Shown: one piece after another, positions 63,888 through 64,000 of the stretch
Position numbering within the stretch: position 1 is the stretch's first letter
Layout of the letters: the number at the start of each line of letters is the position of its first letter
Origin: an uncultured Clostridia bacterium
GTDB taxonomy: Bacteria; Bacillota; Clostridia; TANB77; CAG-508
DNA length: 64,000 bases
Direction: 5' to 3'
Assembly (NCBI GenBank): GCA_904419495.1
Contig: CAJFRV010000007.1
Span: 21,763 to 85,762, forward strand
Translations under genes and position numbers: made by a program
Notes under the pieces: generated by a model
What the model saw: the letters and a program-made list of their open reading frames with translations, nothing else
Told to the model about the DNA's origin: nothing
Databases searched by the model: none

Positions 63888-64000
63888 TTTGACATATTTA
63901 AACATAATCGAATATAATGTAAAGAGTTAAATTTAAATAAATTTAACTTTTTATTATTATGAAATAAAGAAGGTGCTTAATATGGAAGACATAATTGTAT

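Noticed and set aside
63982..64000. ORF start at the window end (MEDIIV...)
   Set aside because: Only six codons are visible, so nothing can be assigned.

Overview
AT-rich (roughly 30% GC by eye) chromosomal window from a Clostridia-class Bacillota genome. Most of it is housekeeping: the fabH-fabD-fabG-fabF-accB-fabZ cluster, pfkA, aldehyde dehydrogenase, fucO, T-box-regulated valS, dacF, a two-component/ABC module, ftsZ, rpmE, miaB, mutS, dxr, guaA, secA and prfB with its classic +1 frameshift. The standout is a complete chromosomal diversity-generating retroelement (DGR) at about 5.3-18.4 kb. It comprises a divergent XRE regulator, a 2816-aa target (type IV pilin-like N-terminus, FN3/Ig repeats, three C-type-lectin/FGE-like domains), avd, a reverse transcriptase and a 131-bp template repeat. 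The template repeat differs from the target's 3' variable repeat at 16 positions, 15 of them template adenines. A short ssb and two 5'-truncated pilin cassettes follow. Second, four split genes each have an in-frame CGG codon where a +1 shift restores the protein, which is either lineage-specific recoding or a systematic sequencing artefact. Third, there are a TTGGGGACG-core REP/REPIN-like palindrome family, a ~290-bp foldback element and a tandem hairpin array between the DGR target and avd. No rRNA, tRNA, CRISPR array, transposase or phage structural gene was recognised.
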